This document shows positions 52,201 to 60,840 of a stretch of DNA of 60,872 bases, one piece after another. The notes under the pieces are model-generated. The model was not told the DNA's origin. It saw nothing but the letters and a program-made list of their open reading frames with translations, and did not search any database. The stretch spans positions 1 to 60,872 of the forward strand of contig JAZUHK010000030.1 in the NCBI GenBank assembly GCA_045641645.1. Reading direction: 5' to 3'. The stretch comes from Kiritimatiellia bacterium. GTDB lineage: Bacteria; Verrucomicrobiota; Kiritimatiellia; RFP12; UBA1067. Made by a program: the position numbers and the translations under genes. Numbering within the stretch: position 1 is the stretch's first letter; each line of letters begins with the position of its first letter.

Positions 52201-53475
52201 GTGCGGCAGGTCGAAAGGTTCTGGGAGAGAGAATTGAGAAGGTCAAGTCATCGTCGCATTGCGTTCGTCTGTCTGCGTTCGGATTCGCTGGTGCGCAGCT
52301 TCTATTCCGGCGTCATGCTCTATGCGCGCCGCAATCCGCGGTGGTTCGTGCGCGTGATCGAGGCGGAGCTGCGGCCGGGCTCCGACTGGATCGATTTCGG
52401 CGAGGCCCATCCCAACGGCGTCATCTGCTGCGGGGTCTCGCCGCGCGAGGTGCAGCGGGCGCTGAAGGCCTTCGGCATGGAGCATATCCCCGTGGTGGCT
52501 GCGCCTCAGCAGCTGCCCTATCCCGGCGTCAGCAGCGTATGCTTCGACATGCGCGGCATCGCCGGGCGCGCTATCGAGCTCTTCGCCCGCCGCGGATGCC
52601 GGGCGGTGGCGTACGTCGGTTCCCATTTCCCGCCCGAACGCCGCACTTCGCGGATGCTTCGCGATGCCGTCCGCGAGAAGTCCGCCGAGCGCGGGCTGCC
52701 GTTTTTCACCATCTTGCGCCGTCCCTCCCTGGGGCGCGGCATCGCCATCGTCGAGTCGCAGGACATCTTCCCCTGGATACAGTCGCTTCCGAAGCCCTGC
52801 GGCATCCTGACGTGGAACGACCATGTCGGGCGGGACGTCCTCGACATCTGCCGCTATGCGAACATCAACGTCCCCGGTGCCGTCTGCGTCCTCGGGATCA
52901 ACGACGACGAGTTCATCTGCGAACGGGCGTCGCCCACGCTCTCCTCGTTGCAGCTCGATACCGAACGCGCGGCGTTTCTGGCGGCGGAACGGCTCGACGG
53001 GCTCATTTCACGCCGGGTGAACAACGTGGAGCCGATCTTGTGCGGTCCGAGGGATATCGTCGAGCGCGCCTCCACCCAAGACCGCCTCGGCTCCGGAATG
53101 CTGGTCTCCCTCGCGTGCGAATACATCGCCCAGAACGCCTGTCGTGCAGGCGGCCTCAACCAGGGCGACATCGCCCGTCACTTCGGCGTTTCGGTCCGCA
53201 CCTTGCAGATGCGCTTCAAGGAGGCGCAGTTCGCGAACACCATCCTCAAGGAGATCCAGCGCGTGCAGCTCAAACGGGTCTGCAAGCTCTTGGGCACTAC
53301 CGACAAGTCCATTACCGAGATCACCTTCGCCAGCGGCTTCAATTCGCTCTCCCGGCTGAAGGCCCTATTTCGGCAGGAGTTCGGCATGAGCATGCGGGAA
53401 TACCGCGATGCCGCCGGATCCCGTGGGGGGGGGGGGATCGCGGAAAACCAGTGCGGTTCGCCGAGATTTAACTAA
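52201..53475 (+). CDS. XylR-type regulator (LacI-like sensor plus AraC HTH)
   Basis: VLGINDDEFICE sensor region and AraC HTH (ITEITFASGFNSLSRLKALFRQEFGMS). The start is uncertain: GTG 52201 touches the -10 box, and TTG 52234 preceded by GGGAGAG is an alternative. Confidence 0.75.
   Translation: MRQVERFWERELRRSSHRRIAFVCLRSDSLVRSFYSGVMLYARRNPRWFVRVIEAELRPGSDWIDFGEAHPNGVICCGVSPREVQRALKAFGMEHIPVVAAPQQLPYPGVSSVCFDMRGIAGRAIELFARRGCRAVAYVGSHFPPERRTSRMLRDAVREKSAERGLPFFTILRRPSLGRGIAIVESQDIFPWIQSLPKPCGILTWNDHVGRDVLDICRYANINVPGAVCVLGINDDEFICERASPTLSSLQLDTERAAFLAAERLDGLISRRVNNVEPILCGPRDIVERASTQDRLGSGMLVSLACEYIAQNACRAGGLNQGDIARHFGVSVRTLQMRFKEAQFANTILKEIQRVQLKRVCKLLGTTDKSITEITFASGFNSLSRLKALFRQEFGMSMREYRDAAGSRGGGGIAENQCGSPRFN
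53425..53436 (+). repeat. homopolymeric G12 tract
   Basis: 12 consecutive G in the last 17 codons of the regulator gene (encoding GGGG). Confidence 0.9.
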
Positions 53476-53517
53476 TCACTGAACACTAATCTAACCAAAT
53501 CTAAAAGGACAGATCAA

Positions 53518-54414
53518 GTGACTAACGAAGTATGCACGTCGGCAGCCGCAACGGCTGGGAAACTTACCGGTGAATTCACCCGTCAGCTCACGGAGGGGCA
53601 GGAGCTTTGGAATCAAGCGCTCGCGTGGCTTACCGACAAGGGGCTCTCCTTTGCGGTCTCGCTCGTCGCCGCGCTCGTCATCTTCGTCGTCGGGTTCTTT
53701 GTCATCAAGGGGATCGTCGCCGTCGTCGTCAGGGCGGTGGAGAAGGGCGGCAAGAAGAACACGCTCTTCGCGAATTTCGTTCGTAATGTCACATCCAAGG
53801 TGCTGTGGGCGATACTCGTCGTCATCATCCTCGGCAAGCTCGGCGTTGACGTGGGGCCCCTCGTCGCCGGCCTCGGCGTCACCGGCTTCATCCTCGGCTT
53901 CGCCTTCCAGGAGTCGCTCGGCAATCTCGCCTCGGGGCTCATGATCGCCATCAACGAGCCCTTCAAGATCGGCGACTACGTGATCGTCGCGGGGTTGGAG
54001 GGCACGGTCCTCAAGGTGGACATGATGGCCACCGTCCTCGCCACCGCCGACAACAAGAAGGTGGTCATTCCCAACAAGAGCGCCTGGGGCTCGCCCATCA
54101 CGAACTTCTCGGCGCTCGGCCGCCGCCGCGTGGACATCCAGATCGGCATCGACTACGGCGCCGACGTCCTCAAGGCGATCGAGGTGGCGCTTTCCGCGCT
54201 CAAGACCGTTCCCGGCGTGCTCGCCGATCCTCAGCCCGCCGTCTCGGTGGCGACGCTCGGCGACAGCGCCGTCACCCTCAATGTCCGCCCCTGGACGGAC
54301 GGAGCCACCTACTGGAGCGTCTATAACGACGCGCAGGTGGCGGTGAAGGCGGCGTTCGAGCGCAGCGGCATTCAGATTCCGTTCCCGCAGCTCACGGTGC
54401 ATACGGAGAAGTGA
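53518..54414 (+). CDS. MscS-family mechanosensitive channel
   Basis: TM3/beta-domain signature GVTGFILGFAFQESLGNLASGLMIAINEPFKIGDYV. Confidence 0.85.
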   Translation: MTNEVCTSAAATAGKLTGEFTRQLTEGQELWNQALAWLTDKGLSFAVSLVAALVIFVVGFFVIKGIVAVVVRAVEKGGKKNTLFANFVRNVTSKVLWAILVVIILGKLGVDVGPLVAGLGVTGFILGFAFQESLGNLASGLMIAINEPFKIGDYVIVAGLEGTVLKVDMMATVLATADNKKVVIPNKSAWGSPITNFSALGRRRVDIQIGIDYGADVLKAIEVALSALKTVPGVLADPQPAVSVATLGDSAVTLNVRPWTDGATYWSVYNDAQVAVKAAFERSGIQIPFPQLTVHTEK

Positions 54415-55052
54415 TGGCGGTGCGCGCGTTCGTCATCGCCATGCGGAAGGAGGCGGAGGCCATCCGCCTGGCGCTCGGTCCGGGCGACCGTCTCTACGTC
54501 TCGGGCATCGGCAAGGTGAATGCCGCCGCCGCGACGATGAAGGCGATTTGCGAAGGCGCCACCGAAATCTGGAACGTGGGGCTCGCGGGCGGTTTCGGCG
54601 CGGATCTCGCCGTCGGCGACATCTGGGGCGTGGAGGATGCGTGCGAATACGATTTCGACCTCGCGAAGATCAACGGGGTTTCGGTGGGGGTTCTCGACGG
54701 CTTCGATTCGCCCTACATCCGCTTGGCGAAGATCCCCGCGCTGACGTCCGGCGCCTTCCCTTGGTTCAAGGGCTGGAAGACGCTGGCGACCGGCGACCGC
54801 TTCAATGACCGCGAAGACGATACGGAGCTGATCGAACAGGTTCTCAAGGCGGGTCTTCGCGATATGGAGGGCGCGGCGATCGCGCATGTCTGCAAGCAGG
54901 AAGGCGTGCGCTGCTCGTCCCTGAAGTGCGTCTCCGATGTTCATGGCGCGGGCGGGATGACTGGCCAATATCTGGAGAACGCCGAGCGGTGTCTCGGTAT
55001 TCTGGGTACGGCGATGCGGGAACTGCTGGCCAAGGAGGAGGTGGGAGAATGA
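54414..55052 (+). CDS. PNP/UDP-1 family nucleosidase (MTA/SAH nucleosidase or futalosine hydrolase-like)
   Basis: GIGKVNAAAAT, VGLAGG, and DMEGAAIAHVC...SLKCVSD. Confidence 0.7.
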   Translation: MAVRAFVIAMRKEAEAIRLALGPGDRLYVSGIGKVNAAAATMKAICEGATEIWNVGLAGGFGADLAVGDIWGVEDACEYDFDLAKINGVSVGVLDGFDSPYIRLAKIPALTSGAFPWFKGWKTLATGDRFNDREDDTELIEQVLKAGLRDMEGAAIAHVCKQEGVRCSSLKCVSDVHGAGGMTGQYLENAERCLGILGTAMRELLAKEEVGE

Positions 55053-55459
55053 CGCGGGAGAAAAAGGCGGAGGCGCTTTTCGCGAGCGGGCTCAATTGCG
55101 CCCAGAGCGTCTTCGGCGCGTTCGCCGACGAATTCGGGATGGATGCGGACTTGGCCGCCAGGGTCTCCTGCGGGCTCGGCGGCGGCGTCGGGCGGCTGCG
55201 CGAGGTGTGCGGGGCGGTGACGGGCGGCGCGCTGGTCCTCGGCATGCGTCACGGCCCCGACAAGACGGCGGTCTATCCGCGGGTGCAGGATTTCGCCGCG
55301 GCGTTCAGGCGGGAGGCCGGTTCCGTCGTCTGCCGCGATCTTTTGGCGGGGACGGGGGCGACGGCCGGCGGCGCGCCCGAGGCGCGTACCGCCGCCTATT
55401 ACGCCAAGCGTCCGTGCGCGGAGCTGGTGAAGCTCGCGGTGCGGCTCCTTTCCCCATGA
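55049..55459 (+). CDS. C_GCAxxG_C_C family protein
   Basis: GLNCAQSV...CGLGGG......CGAVTGG...C..L pattern. 136 aa. ATGA overlap. Confidence 0.75.
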   Translation: MTREKKAEALFASGLNCAQSVFGAFADEFGMDADLAARVSCGLGGGVGRLREVCGAVTGGALVLGMRHGPDKTAVYPRVQDFAAAFRREAGSVVCRDLLAGTGATAGGAPEARTAAYYAKRPCAELVKLAVRLLSP

Positions 55460-56139
55460 TCGAGATTCTCTACGCAGACGCCGATCTCGTGGTCGTCAAC
55501 AAGGAGGCGGGGCGTCCCGTCCATCCTTCGCCCGGCTACGAGGAGAACGCCCTTACCGCGGAACTGGTGAAGCGGTTTCCGGAAATGGCGTGCGTCGGTT
55601 CGGCGGAGCGTCCCGGGGTGGTGCATCGGCTGGACGTGGAGACGAGCGGTGTGATGGTGCTGGCGAAGAGCGCGCGTGCCTATCGGGGGCTGCGGGCGGC
55701 GTTCGAGGGCCATGCGGGGGTCGAGAAGACCTATCTCGCCGTGCTGCACGGGGCGCCGAAGGCGCGGAGGGGGACGGTTTCCGCTCCGCTTGCGAAACGG
55801 GCCGACAAGCGCCGGATGCGCGTCGCCGAGGCGGGGGCGCCGGGGGCGCTCCGGGCGGTGACGCACTGGGAGGTCCTTGCGCGGCATGGCGCGGTGGCGC
55901 TCGTCAAGTTCGTCATCGAGACGGGGCGCACGCATCAGATCCGCGTCCACGCGGCGCATCTCGGGCACCCGATCGTCGGCGACCGGCTCTACGGGGATGC
56001 GGCGAAGGACGCGAGGCTCAAGGTGAAGCCGCCGCGGCTGCTGCTCCATGCCGTGCAGCTGGCCTTCAGCCATCCGGTGACGGGCGGGCGGATGGAGTTC
56101 GCGGCGGAAGTGCCGCGGGAAATCGTCTTCGCGGGGTGA
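55456..56139 (+). CDS. RluA-family pseudouridine synthase
   Basis: Catalytic HRLDVETSGVMVLAK and GRTHQIRVH motifs. No S4 domain. ATGA overlap. Confidence 0.85.
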   Translation: MIEILYADADLVVVNKEAGRPVHPSPGYEENALTAELVKRFPEMACVGSAERPGVVHRLDVETSGVMVLAKSARAYRGLRAAFEGHAGVEKTYLAVLHGAPKARRGTVSAPLAKRADKRRMRVAEAGAPGALRAVTHWEVLARHGAVALVKFVIETGRTHQIRVHAAHLGHPIVGDRLYGDAAKDARLKVKPPRLLLHAVQLAFSHPVTGGRMEFAAEVPREIVFAG

Positions 56140-57471
56140 ATGATGTTCGAGGTGCGCGGCTATCTTCTGGATATAAGCAGAGACAGGGTGCCAACCATGA
56201 AGACCCTGCGGGAGATCGTCGATCTCCTGGCGCTTTGCCGCTACAACCAGCTGCAGCTCTACACCGAGCACACCTTCGCCTATTCGCGCCATCCCGTCGT
56301 CTGGGAGGAGGCCGACCCGCTGACGGCGGCGGAGATCCGCAAGCTCGATGCCTATTGCCGGATGCAGGGGATCGAGCTGGTGGCGAACCAGAATGCGTTC
56401 GGGCACATGGAGCGCTGGCTCGTCCATCCCGAGTACAACGCGCTCGCCCGGTTCCCGCAGGGCGGGGCGGTGACGCCGTGGGGGACGGTGAAGAAGTTCC
56501 CCACCACCCTCGATCCGAAGAATCCGGAGTCGATTGAACTCGTGAAGGGGCTTTTCGAGGAGCTCTTGCCGAACTTCTCCTCGCCGCTCGTGAACGTCAA
56601 CTGCGACGAGACCTTCGAGATCTCCGATCCCGAGGAGTACCTCGGCTTCCTCCTTCGGGTCTTCGACTGCGCGCGCAGCTGCGGCAAGCGTCCGATGTTC
56701 TGGGGCGACATCGTCCTAAGGCATCCTGAGTTGATCACCAGATTGCCTAAGGATGTAATCGCGCTTGACTGGGGCTATGAAGGCAACCATCCTTTCGAGC
56801 GGGAGTGCGCGGCGTTTCAGCGCGCGGGGCTCGACTTCTACGTCTGCCCCGGCACTTCGAGCTGGCGTTCGCTCGGCGGGCGGGTGGAGAACATGCGCGA
56901 GAACCTGGAGGCGGCGGAGGCGGCGGGGCGGCGTTTCGGCGCGAAGGGCTATCTCGTCACCGACTGGGGCGACGAGGGGCATTGGCAGCCGCTCGCGGCG
57001 TCGCTTCCCGGCATCGTGATGGGCGGAGCCTTCTCGTCCTCGGGGGCGAAGGCGGCGAAGATGGATCTGGAGCGCGAGCTCAACCGCGTGATGGACGCGC
57101 CGCTCGGAGGGCTGCTGCTCAAGCTTGGCACCCTGTATCTGCGCGGCGGGGCGCTCAGGGCCAACTGTTCGGAGCTTTTCAATATCCTCCTAAACGACCA
57201 TGGTTATTCCCGCCATCCCGCGCTTACCGATGGCATCTTGGAGGAGATCGGCGGCATCGCCCACGGCATCCGGCTCGCGGCGGAGCGGTGGGCGGACGAC
57301 AACGTGTGGGCGAAGGAGATCGTCTATATGGCCGATCTCATCGACTGCGCCTGCCATCGGCGCGACGAGAAGCGCCTGCGGGAACTTCGCGAGGAGCACG
57401 GGCGGGTCTGGCGTCTCCGTTCGCGCGAGGGCGGGCGGGCCGATTCGCTGGCCAAACTGCCGCGGTTCTGA
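56140..57471 (+). CDS. GH20-like glycoside hydrolase (beta-N-acetylhexosaminidase family)
   Basis: GYLLDISRDRVPT...YNQLQLYTEH...VANQNAFGH...NCDE resembles the GH20 TIM-barrel core. No signal peptide seen. Confidence 0.65.
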   Translation: MMFEVRGYLLDISRDRVPTMKTLREIVDLLALCRYNQLQLYTEHTFAYSRHPVVWEEADPLTAAEIRKLDAYCRMQGIELVANQNAFGHMERWLVHPEYNALARFPQGGAVTPWGTVKKFPTTLDPKNPESIELVKGLFEELLPNFSSPLVNVNCDETFEISDPEEYLGFLLRVFDCARSCGKRPMFWGDIVLRHPELITRLPKDVIALDWGYEGNHPFERECAAFQRAGLDFYVCPGTSSWRSLGGRVENMRENLEAAEAAGRRFGAKGYLVTDWGDEGHWQPLAASLPGIVMGGAFSSSGAKAAKMDLERELNRVMDAPLGGLLLKLGTLYLRGGALRANCSELFNILLNDHGYSRHPALTDGILEEIGGIAHGIRLAAERWADDNVWAKEIVYMADLIDCACHRRDEKRLRELREEHGRVWRLRSREGGRADSLAKLPRF

Positions 57472-57488
57472 ATCTTTTAAGGAGACCT

Positions 57489-58328
57489 ATGCTGTTGACG
57501 GTGGAGCATCTGCGCATTGAATTCGATCTGGGCGAGCGGCGGTCGGTGCCGGTGCGCGACGTGAGCTTCGCCGTGCCCGAACACGGCCGGGTGGCGCTCG
57601 TCGGCGAATCGGGTTCGGGCAAGTCGCTCACGGCGCTCGCGCTCGGGGGGCTCGTCGATCACGCGCGCATTTCGGGGAAAATCACGGGTTCGCCACGCCT
57701 CGCCTATATCTTCCAGAATCCGATGCAGTCGCTCAATCCCGTCTGGCGCGTCGGCGACCAGGTGGCCGAGCGCGCCGCGGAGAGCGACATCCCCGCCCTC
57801 TTCGAGGCGGTGCAGCTGCCGCGTGAGACGATGCGCAAGTACCCCTGTCAGCTTTCCGGCGGCCAGCAGCAGCGGGTGATGATCGCGATGGCCCTCGCCC
57901 GCCGTCCCGAACTGCTGATCGCCGACGAGCCCACCACCGCCCTCGACGTGACGACCCAACGGGAAGTGCTGGATCTGCTGGTGCGCGTCGCCGACGCGCG
58001 CGGGAGCGCGATCCTGCTCATCACCCACAACCTGGGGCTCGTGAGCCGCTATGCCGACGAGGTGAACGTGATGTATGCGGGGGAAGTCGTGGAGCGAGGG
58101 CGGACGGCCGAGGTGTTGTCGCATCCGCGGCATCCCTATACGGAGGGGCTCTTGAAGGCGGTGCCGCGGCTCGACGCGCCGAAGGATGCGCCGCTTGCCG
58201 ACATTCCCGGCACCGTGCCGCCGCCGACCGACTGGCCGACCGGCTGTGCGTTCCATCCCCGCTGTCCTTACGCCCAAAGCGCCTGTGCGGCGCCGGATTT
58301 CACCCGTTGCCCGCGTTTTTTGGTATAA
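57489..58328 (+). CDS. ABC transporter ATP-binding protein, DppD/OppD type
   Basis: Walker A GESGSGKS, signature LSGGQQQR, Walker B LLIADEPTTALD, and an oligopeptide-type C-terminal extension (HPYTEGLL...CAFHPRCPYA). No permease or binding-protein gene is adjacent. Confidence 0.85.
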   Translation: MLLTVEHLRIEFDLGERRSVPVRDVSFAVPEHGRVALVGESGSGKSLTALALGGLVDHARISGKITGSPRLAYIFQNPMQSLNPVWRVGDQVAERAAESDIPALFEAVQLPRETMRKYPCQLSGGQQQRVMIAMALARRPELLIADEPTTALDVTTQREVLDLLVRVADARGSAILLITHNLGLVSRYADEVNVMYAGEVVERGRTAEVLSHPRHPYTEGLLKAVPRLDAPKDAPLADIPGTVPPPTDWPTGCAFHPRCPYAQSACAAPDFTRCPRFLV

Positions 58329-58329
58329 T
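58321..58329 (+). promoter_or_regulatory. extended -10 box TGGTATAAT for smc
   Basis: Contains the TAA stop of the ABC ATPase gene. Ends 9 nt before the smc ATG 58339. Confidence 0.45.
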
Positions 58330-58338
58330 AGCCCCCTA

Positions 58339-60840
58339 ATGTACCTCAAGCAGTTAGACATCCTCGGTTTCAAGAGCTTCGCGGACAAGACGAAGCTCGC
58401 TTTCGATCCCGGCCTGATCGCGATCGTCGGTCCGAACGGGTGCGGCAAGTCGAATGTTTCCGATGCGATCCGCTGGGTGCTCGGAGAACAGCGGCCGACG
58501 GCGCTTCGCTGTTCGAAGCTGGTGGATGTGGTCTTCAACGGCACCGATACCCGCAAGCCCCTCGGGCTCGCCGAGGTCTCGATCACCTTCGCCGACTGCG
58601 AGCGGGAGCTGGGGACGGAATATCACGAGGTGACGATCACCCGCCGCGTCTATCGCGATGGCTCGGGCGAGTATTTCCTCAACAAGCAGTCGTGCCGGCT
58701 CAAGGACATTCAGCATCTTTTCATGGGCACGGGCATCGGCACGAACTCCTATTCAGTGATGGCCCAGGGTCAGATCGATGCGATTCTCTCCTCCAAGCCC
58801 GAAGACCGCCGCGCCGTCTTCGAGGAGGCGTCGGGCATCACCAAGTTCAAGGCCGACCGCAAGGAGGCGATCCGCAAAATCGAGCAGACCGAGCAGAACC
58901 TCCTGCGGGAAGCCGATGTCCTCCGGGAGATGAAGCGGCAGATCGGCTCCTTGCAGCGGCAGGTGGGGAAGGCCCAGAAGTACAAGGAGCTGCGCGACGA
59001 GCTCAAGGGGCTGGACATCTACGTCTCCAAGAACCGCATCCACGGCTTCGACCAGGAGCTGGAGCAGAACGCTGTCAACCGCCAGGAGATCGACAAGGCC
59101 ATCGCCGAGGCGACGGAGACGGTGGTGGTCGCCGAGAAGACCCAGCAGGAGCTGCACGCCGAGATCCATGCGCTGGAGGAGCGGTTGCAGACGCTCGCCT
59201 CCCAGCAGGCGGCGGCCGACAGCGCCTATAGCCGCGCCAACGAGGTGATCGGCGTCAATACGACGCGCATCGCCGAATACCGCGAGTTCGCCGCGCGCGA
59301 CGAGTCGGAGATCGCGGGTGCGAAGGAGCAGCTCGGGGAGCTGGCGCTGCAGGTGGAGTCGCTCGACCAGAAGACGAAGCTCCTCACCGATTCGCTCGCC
59401 GCCACGCGCGAGGCGCTGGCCGAGAGCGAGGGCGCTTTCGCCGATTCCCAGGCGAAGATCGAGACCCTTAGGGCCGATATCGCCGCGCGGCGTCAGGAGG
59501 CGGCGAACACCACGCTTACCGGCACGCTCGCCGAGGACGCGAAGGTCAGCCGCGAGGGGAAGGTCGAGGTGTGGAAGGCGGGCACTACGGTCTCCACCGC
59601 CGATCGCCGCGAGTTCCTGCTGGCCGAGCTTTCGGGGAGCGAGGACGAGCTTCGTCAGGCCGAGATCGCTTCGATGACGCTTTCCCAGCAGCTTACCGAG
59701 CGCCGCATCGCGACGAGCCAGATGGAGCAGGAGCTTTCGTTCGTCGGGCAGCAGGCGGCCGACGCGCAGAAGCGCCGCGATGAGCTGCAACGCTCCATCG
59801 AGGGGCGGCTCAAGGGTATCGAGGGCTATCACGATTCGATCGACCGGCTCACCGAGGAGTCGCGGGAGCTTACCGCCAGTTTGGAGGACCTGAGGGGCGC
59901 GGCGGTCGATTGCCGCGCGGCGATCGAGGAGGAGCGCGGGAAGCGCGCTTCGCTGATGGATCGGATTTCCGAGGCCGACCGCGTGGTGGCCGAGAAGCGC
60001 GGCGGGCTCGATCAGGCGCGCGACTTCCGCGCCAAGCTGGAGGTGCAGGCGGCCGAGGCGACGATGCGCCGGCAGAACGTCTATGCACACTTGCAGGACG
60101 AGTACGGGCTTTTCGCCGATGCGGTGATGCGCGAGCCGGATCCCGAGTGGAAGGGCGAGGTGCCGTCGATGGACGTCCTCGAAAAGAAGGTGGAGAAGCT
60201 GCAGGCCGACATCGCCGCGCTCGGCCCCGTCAACATGGTCGCGATCGACGAGTGTCGCGAGCTGGAGGAGCGCTATGCGCGCGAGAAGGCGCAGGAGGAG
60301 GATCTCCTGGCGGCGAAGGCGCAGATCCTGGAGCTCATCACCAATCTCAACACCACTTCGTCCGATCTTTTCCGCAAGACCTTCGAGCAGGCGAACAAGA
60401 ATTTTCAGACGATGTTCACCAAGCTCTTCGGCGGCGGCGAGGCGCGGCTTGTCCTCCTGGAGAACGAGGAGGATCCGCTTGAATGCGGCATCGACATCAT
60501 CGCGCGTCCGCCCGGAAAGCGGCCGCAGTCGGTGACGCTGCTCTCCGGCGGCGAGCGGACGATGACGGCGGTGGCGCTCCTCTTTTCGATCTTCATGATC
60601 AAGCCCGCGCCGTTCTGCATGCTCGACGAACTCGATGCGGCACTCGACGATGCCAACATCGGCCGCTTCGTCGATCAGCTCAAGGAGTTTTTGGCGAAGT
60701 CCCAGTTCCTCATCATCACCCACAACCAGCACACGATCGCCGGCTCCGACCTCGTTTACGGCGTCTCGCAGCAGGAGAAGGGCATTTCCCGCGTCATCTC
60801 CATGAAGCTGGGCGATCTGGGGGTGAAGGGGAGAGAGTAG
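58339..60840 (+). CDS. smc: SMC-family chromosome condensation ATPase, short form (833 aa)
   Basis: Canonical Smc head: FKSFADKT, GPNGCGKSNVSDAIRWVLGEQ, LSGGERTMTAVALLFSIF, FCMLDELDAALD. Two coiled-coil arms of about 235 aa each. No recognisable hinge domain. Confidence 0.8.
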   Translation: MYLKQLDILGFKSFADKTKLAFDPGLIAIVGPNGCGKSNVSDAIRWVLGEQRPTALRCSKLVDVVFNGTDTRKPLGLAEVSITFADCERELGTEYHEVTITRRVYRDGSGEYFLNKQSCRLKDIQHLFMGTGIGTNSYSVMAQGQIDAILSSKPEDRRAVFEEASGITKFKADRKEAIRKIEQTEQNLLREADVLREMKRQIGSLQRQVGKAQKYKELRDELKGLDIYVSKNRIHGFDQELEQNAVNRQEIDKAIAEATETVVVAEKTQQELHAEIHALEERLQTLASQQAAADSAYSRANEVIGVNTTRIAEYREFAARDESEIAGAKEQLGELALQVESLDQKTKLLTDSLAATREALAESEGAFADSQAKIETLRADIAARRQEAANTTLTGTLAEDAKVSREGKVEVWKAGTTVSTADRREFLLAELSGSEDELRQAEIASMTLSQQLTERRIATSQMEQELSFVGQQAADAQKRRDELQRSIEGRLKGIEGYHDSIDRLTEESRELTASLEDLRGAAVDCRAAIEEERGKRASLMDRISEADRVVAEKRGGLDQARDFRAKLEVQAAEATMRRQNVYAHLQDEYGLFADAVMREPDPEWKGEVPSMDVLEKKVEKLQADIAALGPVNMVAIDECRELEERYAREKAQEEDLLAAKAQILELITNLNTTSSDLFRKTFEQANKNFQTMFTKLFGGGEARLVLLENEEDPLECGIDIIARPPGKRPQSVTLLSGGERTMTAVALLFSIFMIKPAPFCMLDELDAALDDANIGRFVDQLKEFLAKSQFLIITHNQHTIAGSDLVYGVSQQEKGISRVISMKLGDLGVKGRE

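Noticed and set aside
52201-52233. GTG 52201 as a leaderless start of the third regulator
   Set aside because: The GTG directly abuts the TATAAT box, so it would lie upstream of the expected transcription start. The coordinates were kept from the ORF track, but the start is flagged as uncertain (TTG 52234 is an alternative).
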